A stretch of DNA of 64,000 bases, taken from NCBI GenBank assembly GCA_035939575.1, contig DASZFS010000049.1:1518-65517 (forward strand), written 5' to 3'. The notes beneath the pieces are model-generated. The model was not told the DNA's origin. It ran no database searches and worked only from the letters and a program-made list of their open reading frames with translations. Both the position numbers and the translations under genes were made by a program. This document shows positions 25,793 to 34,608 of this stretch, in pieces; the stretch's first letter is position 1, and each line of letters starts with the position of its first letter. The stretch comes from Vicinamibacterales bacterium (GTDB lineage: Bacteria > Acidobacteriota > Vicinamibacteria > Vicinamibacterales > CAVVIG01).

Positions 25793-27277
25793 ATGTCGCA
25801 ACTCTTTCAGCGCAAGCCGATCGCGGATCTCCTGACCGTGGACGGCGCGCACACCCTGAAGCGGACCCTCGGTGCGGGCGACCTGATCATGCTCGCGATC
25901 GGCGCCGTCATCGGGGCCGGCATCTTCGGGGCGATCGGAACGGCCGCGGCGGGACAGATCGGACCGAACGGCGAGGTCATCCGCATGGGGGCGGGTCCGG
26001 CGTTGGTCTTCTCGTTCCTCCTGCTCGGCGCCGCCTGTGCGTTGGCGGCCCTTTGCTACGCCGAGCTCGCCTCGATGATCCCGCAGGCCGGAAGCGCTTA
26101 TGCCTATTCGTACGCGACGCTCGGCGAGCTGGTCGCGTGGATCATCGGGTGGGACCTGATTCTCGAATACGCAGTAGGCAACGTGGCCGTCGCCATCTCG
26201 TGGGGCGACTACTTCAACACCCTGCTGCGCGGGTTCGGCGCGGAGCTGCCGGTGTGGCTCACGACCGGATACCGAACGGCGCTCCTCAGCGCCGATCCCC
26301 AGACCCACGCCCTGCTCACCACGGCTCCACATCTCGCAGGCATTCCGGTTCTGATACACCTGCCGGCGTTCGGTATCGTGATGCTCATCACGTGGCTCCT
26401 GCTGCGCGGCGCTCGCGAGAGCGCAACGGCCAACAACATCATGGTCGTCATCAAGCTCATCGCGCTCGCCATCTTCATCGCGGTCGGCGCCACGCACCTC
26501 CATCCCGCCAACTACCATCCGTTCGCGCCGAACGGCTTCACCGGCATTCACCAGGGGGCCGCGATTGTCTTCTTTGCCTACATCGGGTTCGATGCGATCT
26601 CGACGGCGGCCGAAGAGACAAGAAACCCGCAGCGCAATCTCCCGCTTGGCATCCTGGGCGGGCTGGCCATCTGCACGGTCATCTACATCGTCGTCGGAGC
26701 CGTCCTCACGGGTATGGTGCCGTACAAGGAGCTTGCGGTCGCCGACCCGCTCGCGCACGCGCTCGAGCTCGCCGGCTTCAAGACAGTCGGCTGGTTCGTG
26801 GCGCTGGGCGCGACCGTGTCGATGTCGGCCGTGTTGCTCGTGTTCCAGTACGGGCAGCCGCGCATCTTCTTTGCCATGGGGCGCGACGGCCTGCTCCCGC
26901 AGTGGGCGGCGAAGGTCCACCCGATAACAAGGGTTCCTTCGACGACGACGATCATCACCGGGGTCTTTGTCGCCCTCTGGGCGCTCATCGGCGACGCGGC
27001 TGAGACCTACGATTTGACCAACATCGGCACGCTGTTCGCCTTCATGCTGGTGAGCATCGGCGTGCTCGTGCTGCGCTACAAAGAGCCCGACCGGGTGCGG
27101 CCGTTCAAGGTGCCGTTCGTCTGGGTCGTCTGCGTGCTCTCCGCCGCGGGGTGCGTGTACATCATGCTGGGGCTTCCGCGGACCGCATGGGAGCGCTTCG
27201 CGGTGTGGCTGGTCATCGGCCTGGCCTTGTACCTCTCGTACGGCTTCCGCAACAGCCGTCTGCGGGCGGCCGCGTAG
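25793..27277 (+). CDS. APC-superfamily amino acid permease
   Basis: LKRTLGAGDLIMLAIGAVIGAGIFG signature start, about 12 hydrophobic spans, 494 aa. Confidence 0.9.
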   Translation: MSQLFQRKPIADLLTVDGAHTLKRTLGAGDLIMLAIGAVIGAGIFGAIGTAAAGQIGPNGEVIRMGAGPALVFSFLLLGAACALAALCYAELASMIPQAGSAYAYSYATLGELVAWIIGWDLILEYAVGNVAVAISWGDYFNTLLRGFGAELPVWLTTGYRTALLSADPQTHALLTTAPHLAGIPVLIHLPAFGIVMLITWLLLRGARESATANNIMVVIKLIALAIFIAVGATHLHPANYHPFAPNGFTGIHQGAAIVFFAYIGFDAISTAAEETRNPQRNLPLGILGGLAICTVIYIVVGAVLTGMVPYKELAVADPLAHALELAGFKTVGWFVALGATVSMSAVLLVFQYGQPRIFFAMGRDGLLPQWAAKVHPITRVPSTTTIITGVFVALWALIGDAAETYDLTNIGTLFAFMLVSIGVLVLRYKEPDRVRPFKVPFVWVVCVLSAAGCVYIMLGLPRTAWERFAVWLVIGLALYLSYGFRNSRLRAAA

Positions 27278-27287
27278 GGGAACGCGT

Positions 27288-28505
27288 GTGAGCGGCGAGC
27301 GGCCTCTCCACGGCACCCGCGTGCTCGATCTGACACGGCTCCTGCCCGGATCGTACGCGACGTTGATGCTCGCGGATCTCGGCGCGGACGTCCTCAAGCT
27401 CGAGGATCCACGCGGCGGCGATCACGCGCGCCAGCTGCCGCCGCTTGCCGGCGGCACAAGCGCTTACTTCACGGTGCTCAACCGCAACAAGCGCAGCATG
27501 ACGCTGAACCTTCGCGCGCCGGAAGCGGCCGGCATCCTGGACAGGCTCGTCCCGTCGTACGACGTCGTCGTCGACAGCTTCCGACCCGGGACGGCGCGCC
27601 GGCTTGGTGTCGACGCCGGGGCGATGCAGCGCAGAAATCCACGGGTCATCTGCGCGTCGATTACGGGCTTTGGCCAGACTGGACCCTACGCCGAGCGGGC
27701 GGCGCATGACATCAACTACGAGGCCCTCGCGGGCCTGCTGTCGCTCGCGGGTCGCGAGCCGGTCGTTCCTGGCCTCCTGATCGGCGACATCGGCGCGGCG
27801 TACCAGGCCACGACTCAGATCCTGGCGGCGCTCTTCTCGCGCGAGCGGACCCGAGCGGCGGCGGTCACTGGCGTCCCGGAAGCCACGGCGAGCTCGGGAG
27901 TCCCGGGAGTCCCGGGAGTCATCGACGTGTCCATTCATGACGCCGCGCTGCAATGGATGGTGTTTCCGGCGGCGCGCTGGCTTGTGGACGGGGCTGCGGA
28001 AGACCCGCGGCAGATCCCGCTCAGGGGCGAGGCCGCGCACTACAACGTCTACGAGACCTCTGACGGCCGATGGCTGGCGCTGGGCGCGCTCGAGGAGAAG
28101 TTCTGGGTTGCGTTCTGCGATCGCGTCGGCCGGCCCGATCTGGCGCGGCTGCACGATGTGCCAGGCGAGGATCAGTCGCGCGCGCTCGCCGAAGTCCGTG
28201 CGCTCATGCGGACGAGGACGCGCGATGAATGGCAGGCGCACTTTGCCGATATCGACGCGTGCCTGACGCCGGTCTACTCACTCGACGAGGCGTTGTCCGA
28301 TCCGCACGTGGCGGCGCGCGGCGGCGTCATTCGGCAGGACGGCGTAACCTACATCGGATCGCCTCCCAGCGCCGGGGAAGGGGTCCCCGGAGCGAGCCTC
28401 ATCCGGCCCGCGCCCTCACTCGGCGCGCACACAGACGATGTGCTCGAGACCCTGGGCATCCAGGCCGACGAGCGCGCTGCGCTGCGCGCGCGGGGTGTCA
28501 TATGA
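27288..28505 (+). CDS. CaiB/BaiF family (type III) CoA-transferase
   Basis: The LHGTRVLDLTRLLPGSYATLMLADLGADVLKLEDPRGGDHAR N-terminal signature and NRNKRS are present. GTG start. Confidence 0.85.
   Translation: MSGERPLHGTRVLDLTRLLPGSYATLMLADLGADVLKLEDPRGGDHARQLPPLAGGTSAYFTVLNRNKRSMTLNLRAPEAAGILDRLVPSYDVVVDSFRPGTARRLGVDAGAMQRRNPRVICASITGFGQTGPYAERAAHDINYEALAGLLSLAGREPVVPGLLIGDIGAAYQATTQILAALFSRERTRAAAVTGVPEATASSGVPGVPGVIDVSIHDAALQWMVFPAARWLVDGAAEDPRQIPLRGEAAHYNVYETSDGRWLALGALEEKFWVAFCDRVGRPDLARLHDVPGEDQSRALAEVRALMRTRTRDEWQAHFADIDACLTPVYSLDEALSDPHVAARGGVIRQDGVTYIGSPPSAGEGVPGASLIRPAPSLGAHTDDVLETLGIQADERAALRARGVI
27896..27920 (+). repeat. 9-nt tandem repeat (GGGAGTCCC x2.8) encoding GVPGVPGV
   Basis: Read directly. 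It is in frame inside the CoA-transferase gene, with CCCGGG palindromes at the unit junctions. Confidence 0.9.
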
Positions 28506-28595
28506 GCGCGGCCGGACCGATCGGCTGAGCGAGAATGGGTTCTCGGCCGATCTGGCGGAGTGCCCGTGCTACGATTGTGGGTTAAACGGTATCAA

Positions 28596-31508
28596 ATGGC
28601 CCACGACTGGATCTCCGTCCGCGGCGCGCGCGTCCACAACCTGAAGAACATCGACGTCGACCTGCCGCGTCACAAGCTCGTCGTCATCACCGGTCTGTCC
28701 GGATCGGGCAAGTCGTCGCTCGCCTTCGACACGATCTACGCCGAGGGCCAGCGGCGGTACGTGGAGTCGCTGTCCGCCTACGCGCGGCAGTTTCTCGAGC
28801 AAATGGAGAAACCGGACGTCGACCTCATCGAGGGGCTGTCACCCGCCATCTCGATCGAGCAGAAGACGACCGGATCGAATCCGCGGTCCACGGTCGGCAC
28901 GGTGACCGAGATCTACGACTATCTGCGCCTGCTGTTCGCGAATATCGGCGTGCCGCATTGCCCGAACTGCGGGAAGGAAATTTCCAGCCAATCGCTCGAG
29001 CGGATCTGCGACATGGTGATGCTCTACCCGCAGGACGAGCGCATCAACGTGCTGGCGCCGGTGGTGCGCGGCCGGAAGGGGGAGTTCAAGAAAGAGCTCG
29101 CGGCGTTGCGCGCGCGCGGCTACACGAAAGCGCGCATCGATGGCCAGTTCCGCGCGCTCGACGACGACATCAAGCTTGACCGCCGCCGGAATCATGCGAT
29201 CGACGTGGTCGTGGACCGCCTGATCGTTCGCGGCGGCATCGAGCGGCGGCTCCTGGAGTCGGTCGAGACCGCCCTGAACCTGGCCGAGGACATCGTCGTC
29301 ATCAACACGTACGAGGGGGGCGACCGGCTGTTCTCCCGCCGCCTGGCGTGCGTGGACTGCGGGTTGAGCATGCCCGAGATGACCCCCCGGGCGTTTTCGT
29401 TCAACTCTCCGCACGGTGCGTGCACGGATTGCCAGGGGCTTGGCGCCACGATTGATTTCGATCCGGCGCGCATCGTGCCGGACGAATCGAAGCCGCTCGC
29501 GGACGGCGCGATCGCACCGTGGTCCAAAGGGGACCGCAAGCTCGTGCGCGATCAGCTGCAGTCACTGGCGCGGGACTTCGGCATCGACATCAACGCGCCG
29601 TTCGGACGCCTTCCGCGAAAGGCGAGGGAGACGCTGCTCTTCGGCAGCGGGAACGGCGGCGGAGCCGGGAGCGGCGTGCCCGGCACGCTCAAGCGGAATG
29701 GGGCGCCGCGAGCCGTGAAGTTCGAGGGGCTCATCCCGAATCTGCGCCGGCGGTTCGAGGAGGGCAGCTGGTCCGATCAGGAGGACCTCGAGCCGTACCG
29801 ATCGCTTCGGCCCTGTCCGACGTGCAGGGGCCAGCGGCTCAAGACGCAGAGCCTGTCGGTGAGGGTGAAGCGGCGCACGATCGCCGACTACGTGAACCTG
29901 CCGATTTCCGAGGCGCTCGACGTCTTCGACGCACTCGAGCTGACCGATCGTGAAGCGATCATCGCGGAGCGCATCCTTCGGGAGATTCAGGAGCGGCTGC
30001 GCTTCCTCAACGACGTCGGCGTCGGCTATCTCACGCTCGGGCGCAGTGCCGCGACGCTCTCCGGCGGGGAAGGGCAGCGTATCCGTCTTGCGACACAGAT
30101 CGGCGCCAACCTGACAGGCGTCCTCTACGTGCTCGACGAGCCGTCCATCGGCCTGCATCAACGCGACAATCGGAAGCTTCTCGCGACGCTGTCCCGGCTG
30201 CGCGATCTCGGCAACACCGTCGTTGTCGTGGAGCACGACGAGGAGACCATCCGGGTCGCTGACTACGTCGTTGACCTCGGCCCCGGCGCGGGCGATCTGG
30301 GCGGCCACGTGATCTTCCAGGGCACGCCGGCGCAGCTCATGGAGAATGCGGACCGGGGGGTAGGGGCCCCCGGAGTGGGAGACCGGGGGGCAGGGGCCCC
30401 CGGAGTAAGCCTGACCGGCGCCTACCTGACGGGCGCGCGATCGATTCCGACGCCCAAGGCCCGGCGTCCCGCGCTCAAGGGCGAACTTGTCATCCGCGGC
30501 GCGCGCGAGAACAACCTCAAGAACATCGACGTGACCATCCCACTCGGGGTCTTCACGGCCGTGACGGGCGTCAGCGGCTCGGGCAAGTCAACGCTGGTGA
30601 ACGACATCCTCTACAAGTCGCTCGCGCGCACGCTGTACAAGGCAGCCGACGATCCCGGCGCGCACGACCGGATCGAGGGCATCGACCTGATCGACAAGGT
30701 GATTGAGATCGACCAATCGCCGATCGGCCGCACGCCGCGCTCGAATCCAGCGACCTACACCGGCCTCTTCACCTTCATCCGCGACCTGTTCGCCATGATG
30801 CCCGAAGCGAAGCAGCGTGGCTTCAGGCCCGGGCGCTTCTCGTTCAACGTCAAGGGCGGACGCTGCGAGGCGTGTCAAGGCGACGGCGTCATCGCCATCG
30901 AGATGCACTTCCTGCCGGACGTCTACGTCACGTGCGAGCAGTGTAAGGGCCGGCGGTACAACCGCGAGACGCTCGAGATCAAATACCGCGGCAAGTCGAT
31001 CGCCGACGTCCTCGAGCTGACGGTCGACCAGGCGCTGCCCCTGTTGGAGAATTTTCCCGCGATCGCCAACAAGCTGCGGACGCTGCAGGACGTGGGCCTC
31101 GGCTACATCGAGCTCGGGCAATCGGCGACGACGCTGTCGGGCGGCGAGGCGCAGCGGGTGAAGCTGTCGAAGGAGTTGTCGAAGCGCGGGACGGGGCGGA
31201 CCCTGTATATTCTCGACGAGCCGACGACCGGTCTGCACTTCGAGGACACGCACAAGCTGCTCGACGTGCTGACCAAGCTTGTCGATCAGGGGAACACTAT
31301 TGTCGTTATCGAGCACAACCTGGACGTCATCAAGTCGGCTGACTACGTCGTCGATCTTGGACCGGAGGGCGGGGCAGGCGGCGGACGAATCGTGGCAGCC
31401 GGCACGCCCGAGGAAGTCGCCCGGAACGAGCATTCAGCCACAGGCCGGTTCCTGGCGGATCTCCTTTTCGGCCGTCAAATCACGGCGTCCAGGCCGGTTG
31501 CGGGTTGA
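28596..31508 (+). CDS. uvrA: excinuclease ABC subunit A
   Basis: [24 protein letters not shown], two Walker A sites ([28 protein letters not shown]), zinc-finger Cys pairs and LSGGE signatures. ATG 28596 lies inside ORF 28560..31508. Confidence 0.95.
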   Translation: MAHDWISVRGARVHNLKNIDVDLPRHKLVVITGLSGSGKSSLAFDTIYAEGQRRYVESLSAYARQFLEQMEKPDVDLIEGLSPAISIEQKTTGSNPRSTVGTVTEIYDYLRLLFANIGVPHCPNCGKEISSQSLERICDMVMLYPQDERINVLAPVVRGRKGEFKKELAALRARGYTKARIDGQFRALDDDIKLDRRRNHAIDVVVDRLIVRGGIERRLLESVETALNLAEDIVVINTYEGGDRLFSRRLACVDCGLSMPEMTPRAFSFNSPHGACTDCQGLGATIDFDPARIVPDESKPLADGAIAPWSKGDRKLVRDQLQSLARDFGIDINAPFGRLPRKARETLLFGSGNGGGAGSGVPGTLKRNGAPRAVKFEGLIPNLRRRFEEGSWSDQEDLEPYRSLRPCPTCRGQRLKTQSLSVRVKRRTIADYVNLPISEALDVFDALELTDREAIIAERILREIQERLRFLNDVGVGYLTLGRSAATLSGGEGQRIRLATQIGANLTGVLYVLDEPSIGLHQRDNRKLLATLSRLRDLGNTVVVVEHDEETIRVADYVVDLGPGAGDLGGHVIFQGTPAQLMENADRGVGAPGVGDRGAGAPGVSLTGAYLTGARSIPTPKARRPALKGELVIRGARENNLKNIDVTIPLGVFTAVTGVSGSGKSTLVNDILYKSLARTLYKAADDPGAHDRIEGIDLIDKVIEIDQSPIGRTPRSNPATYTGLFTFIRDLFAMMPEAKQRGFRPGRFSFNVKGGRCEACQGDGVIAIEMHFLPDVYVTCEQCKGRRYNRETLEIKYRGKSIADVLELTVDQALPLLENFPAIANKLRTLQDVGLGYIELGQSATTLSGGEAQRVKLSKELSKRGTGRTLYILDEPTTGLHFEDTHKLLDVLTKLVDQGNTIVVIEHNLDVIKSADYVVDLGPEGGAGGGRIVAAGTPEEVARNEHSATGRFLADLLFGRQITASRPVAG
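30351..30410 (+). repeat. 30-nt tandem duplication (27/30 identical) inside uvrA
   Basis: The units are gaccggggggtaggggcccccggagtggga and gaccggggggcaggggcccccggagtaagc, encoding [10 protein letters not shown] and [10 protein letters not shown]. Each unit contains the inverted repeat CCGGGGG-N7-CCCCCGG. Confidence 0.9.
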
Positions 31509-31511
31509 TGA

Positions 31512-31534
31512 CTGTGGTAAGATTGCCACATTTT
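31512..31534 (+). terminator. possible weak intrinsic terminator after uvrA
   Basis: TGTGG-taagattg-CCACA hairpin (5-bp stem) followed by TTTTT. The stem is short, so the call is weak. Confidence 0.3.
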
Positions 31535-31661
31535 TAGCGAGTGTGGCTGTGGTGCGAGTACCACAAAACTGTACTCAGCGCGGCCAGCTGGGTCTCTCAG
31601 ATCTCGTCTAAGGCCGTTTTGAATCAATACGTTACGAAGACTGTCCGCGAACGAGACGTCT

Positions 31662-31677
31662 GGGCACCTACTTTGCT
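31662..31677 (+). promoter_or_regulatory. near-consensus sigma-54 promoter gGGCAC-N5-TTGCT upstream of lpxC
   Basis: GGGCACCTACTTTGCT matches TGGCAC-N5-TTGCW at 10 of 11 specified positions with correct spacing. The -12 GC lies 40 nt upstream of the lpxC ATG (31716). Confidence 0.45.
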
Positions 31678-31715
31678 CCAGCGCCCTGCGCAGTTCCCCG
31701 TTGCCTGAGAGGCAC

Positions 31716-32627
31716 ATGGACGCACAGCGCACACTTCGCCGTCAAATATCCTGCGTCGGAATCGGTCTTCACTCCGGCAACAAGGTCAATCTTTCACTCA
31801 AGCCGGCGCCGGTGGATTTCGGCGTTCGCTTCCGCCGGACCGATCTCGGGGATCACGAGGTTCCCGCGACCGTGCACAACCTGGCCGGCATTCAGCTGGC
31901 GACCGGGCTGTCGCGCAACGAGGTGTCGGTGGAAACGGTCGAGCACCTGCTCGCCGCGCTGACGTCGGTCGGCGTGGACAACGTGCTCGTGGAGCTGAAT
32001 TCGCCCGAAGTACCAATCATGGATGGCAGCGCGGCGCCGTTCATTTATCTGATTCACGAAGCGGGCGTCAAGCGGCTGCAGGCGGCGCGGAAGTATCTGA
32101 AGATCGTGCGGCCGATTGCGATCTCGCGCGGCGACAAGCGAATTGCGCTGTATCCGTCCGACCACTTCAAGGTGACCTACAGCATCAGCTACGATCACCC
32201 CCTCCTTCGGCACCAGTCACGCACCCTGCGCATCACCGAGGAGTCGTTCGTCGAGGACGTCGCCCCTGCGCGGACCTTCACGTTCCTGAAGGACGTGGAG
32301 ATGATGCGCCAGAACGGCCTCGCGCTCGGCGGCTCGCTCGAGAACGCCATCGTGCTCGGCGAAACCGGCATCCTCAACAACGCGCTGCGCTTCGAGGACG
32401 AGTTCGTGCGCCACAAGATACTGGACGCGATCGGGGATCTGGCGCTCGTTGGATACCCGGTGATTGGCCACCTGGTCGCCCACCGCGCCGGCCACGCGCT
32501 GCACACGGAGTTCGCCGCGAAGATTCTCGAGGAAACGCAGGCCTGGCGGCTCGTGGAGGCCCCGGTCGACACCATCGTGTCGCTGCCGGTCGGAGTCAAG
32601 GACGCGGCCCCGCGACTGGCGAACTGA
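31716..32627 (+). CDS. lpxC: UDP-3-O-acyl-N-acetylglucosamine deacetylase
   Basis: QRTLRRQISCVGIGLHSGNKV, VEHLLAAL, PIMDGSA, HKILDAIGDL and HRAGHALH motifs are typical of LpxC. Confidence 0.95.
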   Translation: MDAQRTLRRQISCVGIGLHSGNKVNLSLKPAPVDFGVRFRRTDLGDHEVPATVHNLAGIQLATGLSRNEVSVETVEHLLAALTSVGVDNVLVELNSPEVPIMDGSAAPFIYLIHEAGVKRLQAARKYLKIVRPIAISRGDKRIALYPSDHFKVTYSISYDHPLLRHQSRTLRITEESFVEDVAPARTFTFLKDVEMMRQNGLALGGSLENAIVLGETGILNNALRFEDEFVRHKILDAIGDLALVGYPVIGHLVAHRAGHALHTEFAAKILEETQAWRLVEAPVDTIVSLPVGVKDAAPRLAN

Positions 32628-32628
32628 C

Positions 32629-33990
32629 TTACCTGACGAGCAGCGTCTTCAGCGTCGTCTTCGAGCCGCAGCGCTCGAACCAGTCGATCCCCTCGCTGAC
32701 CAGATCGAACTTCAACGTGTAGCGCCCGGCCTGGCCGGGCGCGGCGAGGTCGATCGCCACGTCGGCGCTCGATCCCGGGTGGAGCGCTGCGGGCAGCCAC
32801 GCCCGCGCGTAGTCGCGGTCGAGCAGCTCGCCGTCCGGCGCGCAGAGTTGGGCCCCCAGGCGAACCAGCCGGCGCCCGTAGGTTGCCTGCGCCGGAAAGG
32901 CGCGCGTCGAGAGATTATGGACACGCGTCCGCACGTGGAGCGGGCGGCCGGCGCGCGCGATCAGCGGGACGCCGGGCACCAACGTGCGCACGTCGATGCG
33001 CGCGCTGGGCGTCGCGCCCGGAATGGCGTTGCCGAGGTTGTTGTCGTCCCACACCTCGTGCCGGATCGCCTCGAGATCCGGGGAGCCCGGAACGAAGCGC
33101 CGCGAATAGGCATCTTCGGGATGATCCGTCAGCTCCCAGCAGAGGCGATCGACGCCCGCCTCCGCCGCCAGCTCACGCGCCCGCGTCATCTCGGCGTCAC
33201 TGTCGTTCCACTTGAAGAGGATGTAGCGCCAGTTGAGAAACGGGAGGTCGCGGCCCGATCTGCGCTTCTCGTCGGCCATCGCGCGCAGGGTGGCGAGCGC
33301 GACGTCGAAGCGGCCGCGCCGCCGGTACAACGCGTAGCTCTCCGCGGTCGCGCCGTCCAGTGAGAAGGTGACCTCGTCGATCCCGGAGTGCACCAGCCGG
33401 CGCGCCTGCGGATCGGAGAGCGCCAGGCCGTTGGTGCTGGTGTAGAGGTAGATGTGGGGAAAGCGCGACTTGATGTACTCGCACATCTCCACGGCGCGCT
33501 TGTGCAGGAACGCCTCGCCGTAGTTGAAGAAGTCGATGCGCACGAGCGATGGACCCGCTTCGTCCACGACGCGGCAGAAGAGATCGAAGTCGAGCATGCC
33601 GGCCTGCCGTGTCCTGGTGATGCCGGTTTCCGGCGCGCAGCAGGCCTCCGCGCACGAGATATTGCAGGCCGCCGTGCACTCGATGTACATGCGCGACGGG
33701 AGGGGGCCGGCGTCGAGCGCGCGCGCGGCGGGACTCTCGTCCTTCTTGAGGGGGAGCTTCAGGGGGCAGTCGCCGCAGAACCTCGAGCCGCCGGTGTTCA
33801 GGTCCTGGCGCAGCCCGGAGACGACCGGACCTGTCCAGACGTCGTGCACCGACGCCGCCCGGACGTCACCGAGAACGCGATGCCCGTAGGGATCCGCGCA
33901 CCCGCACACGATCCTCCCGTCGCAGAGCATGACCAGCGTGCTCCACGGCCATGAGCACTGGAATCGCGTCGCCAGGAAATTCAGAGACAT
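32629..33990 (-). CDS. radical SAM protein with N-terminal SPASM-like Cys cluster and C-terminal Ig-like domain
   Basis: Core motifs: ECTAACNISCAEACC (Cys cluster), NYGEAFLH (GGE-like), YTSTNG and TFSLDG. The N-terminal CDGRIVCGC...LGDV...VWTG...CGDCPLK resembles a SPASM/twitch half-domain. The C-terminal ~120 aa (GRYTLKFDLVSEGIDWFE) is beta-sandwich-like. Confidence 0.7.
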   Translation of the reverse strand: MSLNFLATRFQCSWPWSTLVMLCDGRIVCGCADPYGHRVLGDVRAASVHDVWTGPVVSGLRQDLNTGGSRFCGDCPLKLPLKKDESPAARALDAGPLPSRMYIECTAACNISCAEACCAPETGITRTRQAGMLDFDLFCRVVDEAGPSLVRIDFFNYGEAFLHKRAVEMCEYIKSRFPHIYLYTSTNGLALSDPQARRLVHSGIDEVTFSLDGATAESYALYRRRGRFDVALATLRAMADEKRRSGRDLPFLNWRYILFKWNDSDAEMTRARELAAEAGVDRLCWELTDHPEDAYSRRFVPGSPDLEAIRHEVWDDNNLGNAIPGATPSARIDVRTLVPGVPLIARAGRPLHVRTRVHNLSTRAFPAQATYGRRLVRLGAQLCAPDGELLDRDYARAWLPAALHPGSSADVAIDLAAPGQAGRYTLKFDLVSEGIDWFERCGSKTTLKTLLVR

Positions 33991-33998
33991 TCATTTCT

Positions 33999-34265
33999 TC
34001 ATTTCTTCGTGAGCTTCTTCATGTACGCCTCGAGCTTGTCGTTCTCGTATTTCACCGTGCTCAGAAACAGGCTCTCGGCGAGATAGGTCCGCCGCTCCTG
34101 ATCGTCCATCTGGTCGATCAGGTGGTGAATCTCCTTCACCATGTCGTCGAACGAGCGCTCGAGCTCGCGCCTGGCGGTCACCTCCTGGTAGAGCGCTTCC
34201 ATCACGGAAAGCAGGTCCCCGTCGAGCGAGATCGGCGCGCCGCTGGTGGTTTTGATGGTGCGCAT
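33999..34265 (-). CDS. hypothetical 88-aa helical acidic/basic protein
   Basis: Its ATG is 1 nt after the STAS stop and its stop is 8 nt before the rSAM ATG. It is predicted helical (ELERSFDDMVKEIHHLIDQMDDQERRTYLAE) and has no Cys. No family recognised. Confidence 0.5.
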   Translation of the reverse strand: MRTIKTTSGAPISLDGDLLSVMEALYQEVTARRELERSFDDMVKEIHHLIDQMDDQERRTYLAESLFLSTVKYENDKLEAYMKKLTKK

Positions 34266-34266
34266 C

Positions 34267-34608
34267 TTAGGCCCCGAAGCTCTTGACCGCGCTCGGTTCG
34301 TCCGCGTGTATCTCGATGAAATTCTGCGCGCCGGTCATCGTCAACATCGTCTCGACGCGCTTCTGAACACCCGACAGCTTCAGGTGCCCGCCGGCCGTGT
34401 GGACCTGGCGGTACAGGTCCATGAGACAGCCGATCGTGGCGCTGTCGACGTAGGTGACCGGCGTCATGTCGATGAGGATCTCGTGCTGTCCCGAGGCGAC
34501 GAGGCCGCCGACGGCGCTCGAGAAATCACCCAGGATTGGATACATCAGGCGCGTTTCTCCCACACGGACGATTGAGACGCCGCCCCGTTGTTCGGTTTTC
34601 ACATTCAT
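34267..34608 (-). CDS. STAS-domain anti-sigma-factor antagonist-like protein
   Basis: 113 aa from ATG 34608 (MNVKTEQRGGVSIVRV...). It has a SpoIIAA/RsbV-like layout with the conserved phospho-site context YVDSATIG. The start overlaps the sigma gene stop by 1 nt. Confidence 0.8.
   Translation of the reverse strand: MNVKTEQRGGVSIVRVGETRLMYPILGDFSSAVGGLVASGQHEILIDMTPVTYVDSATIGCLMDLYRQVHTAGGHLKLSGVQKRVETMLTMTGAQNFIEIHADEPSAVKSFGA

Noticed and set aside
25763-27397. 544-aa minus-strand ORF covering the amino acid permease locus
   Set aside because: It is antisense to a clear APC permease gene. Its product is Arg/Asp/His/Pro-rich low complexity with no motifs, which is typical of spurious long ORFs in high-GC DNA.
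33999-34265. The 88-aa ORF as a RiPP precursor for the adjacent radical SAM enzyme
   Set aside because: It has no Cys, no Gly-Gly or other leader-cleavage motif and no repeated core. It looks like a folded helical protein. The idea cannot be excluded but is unsupported.
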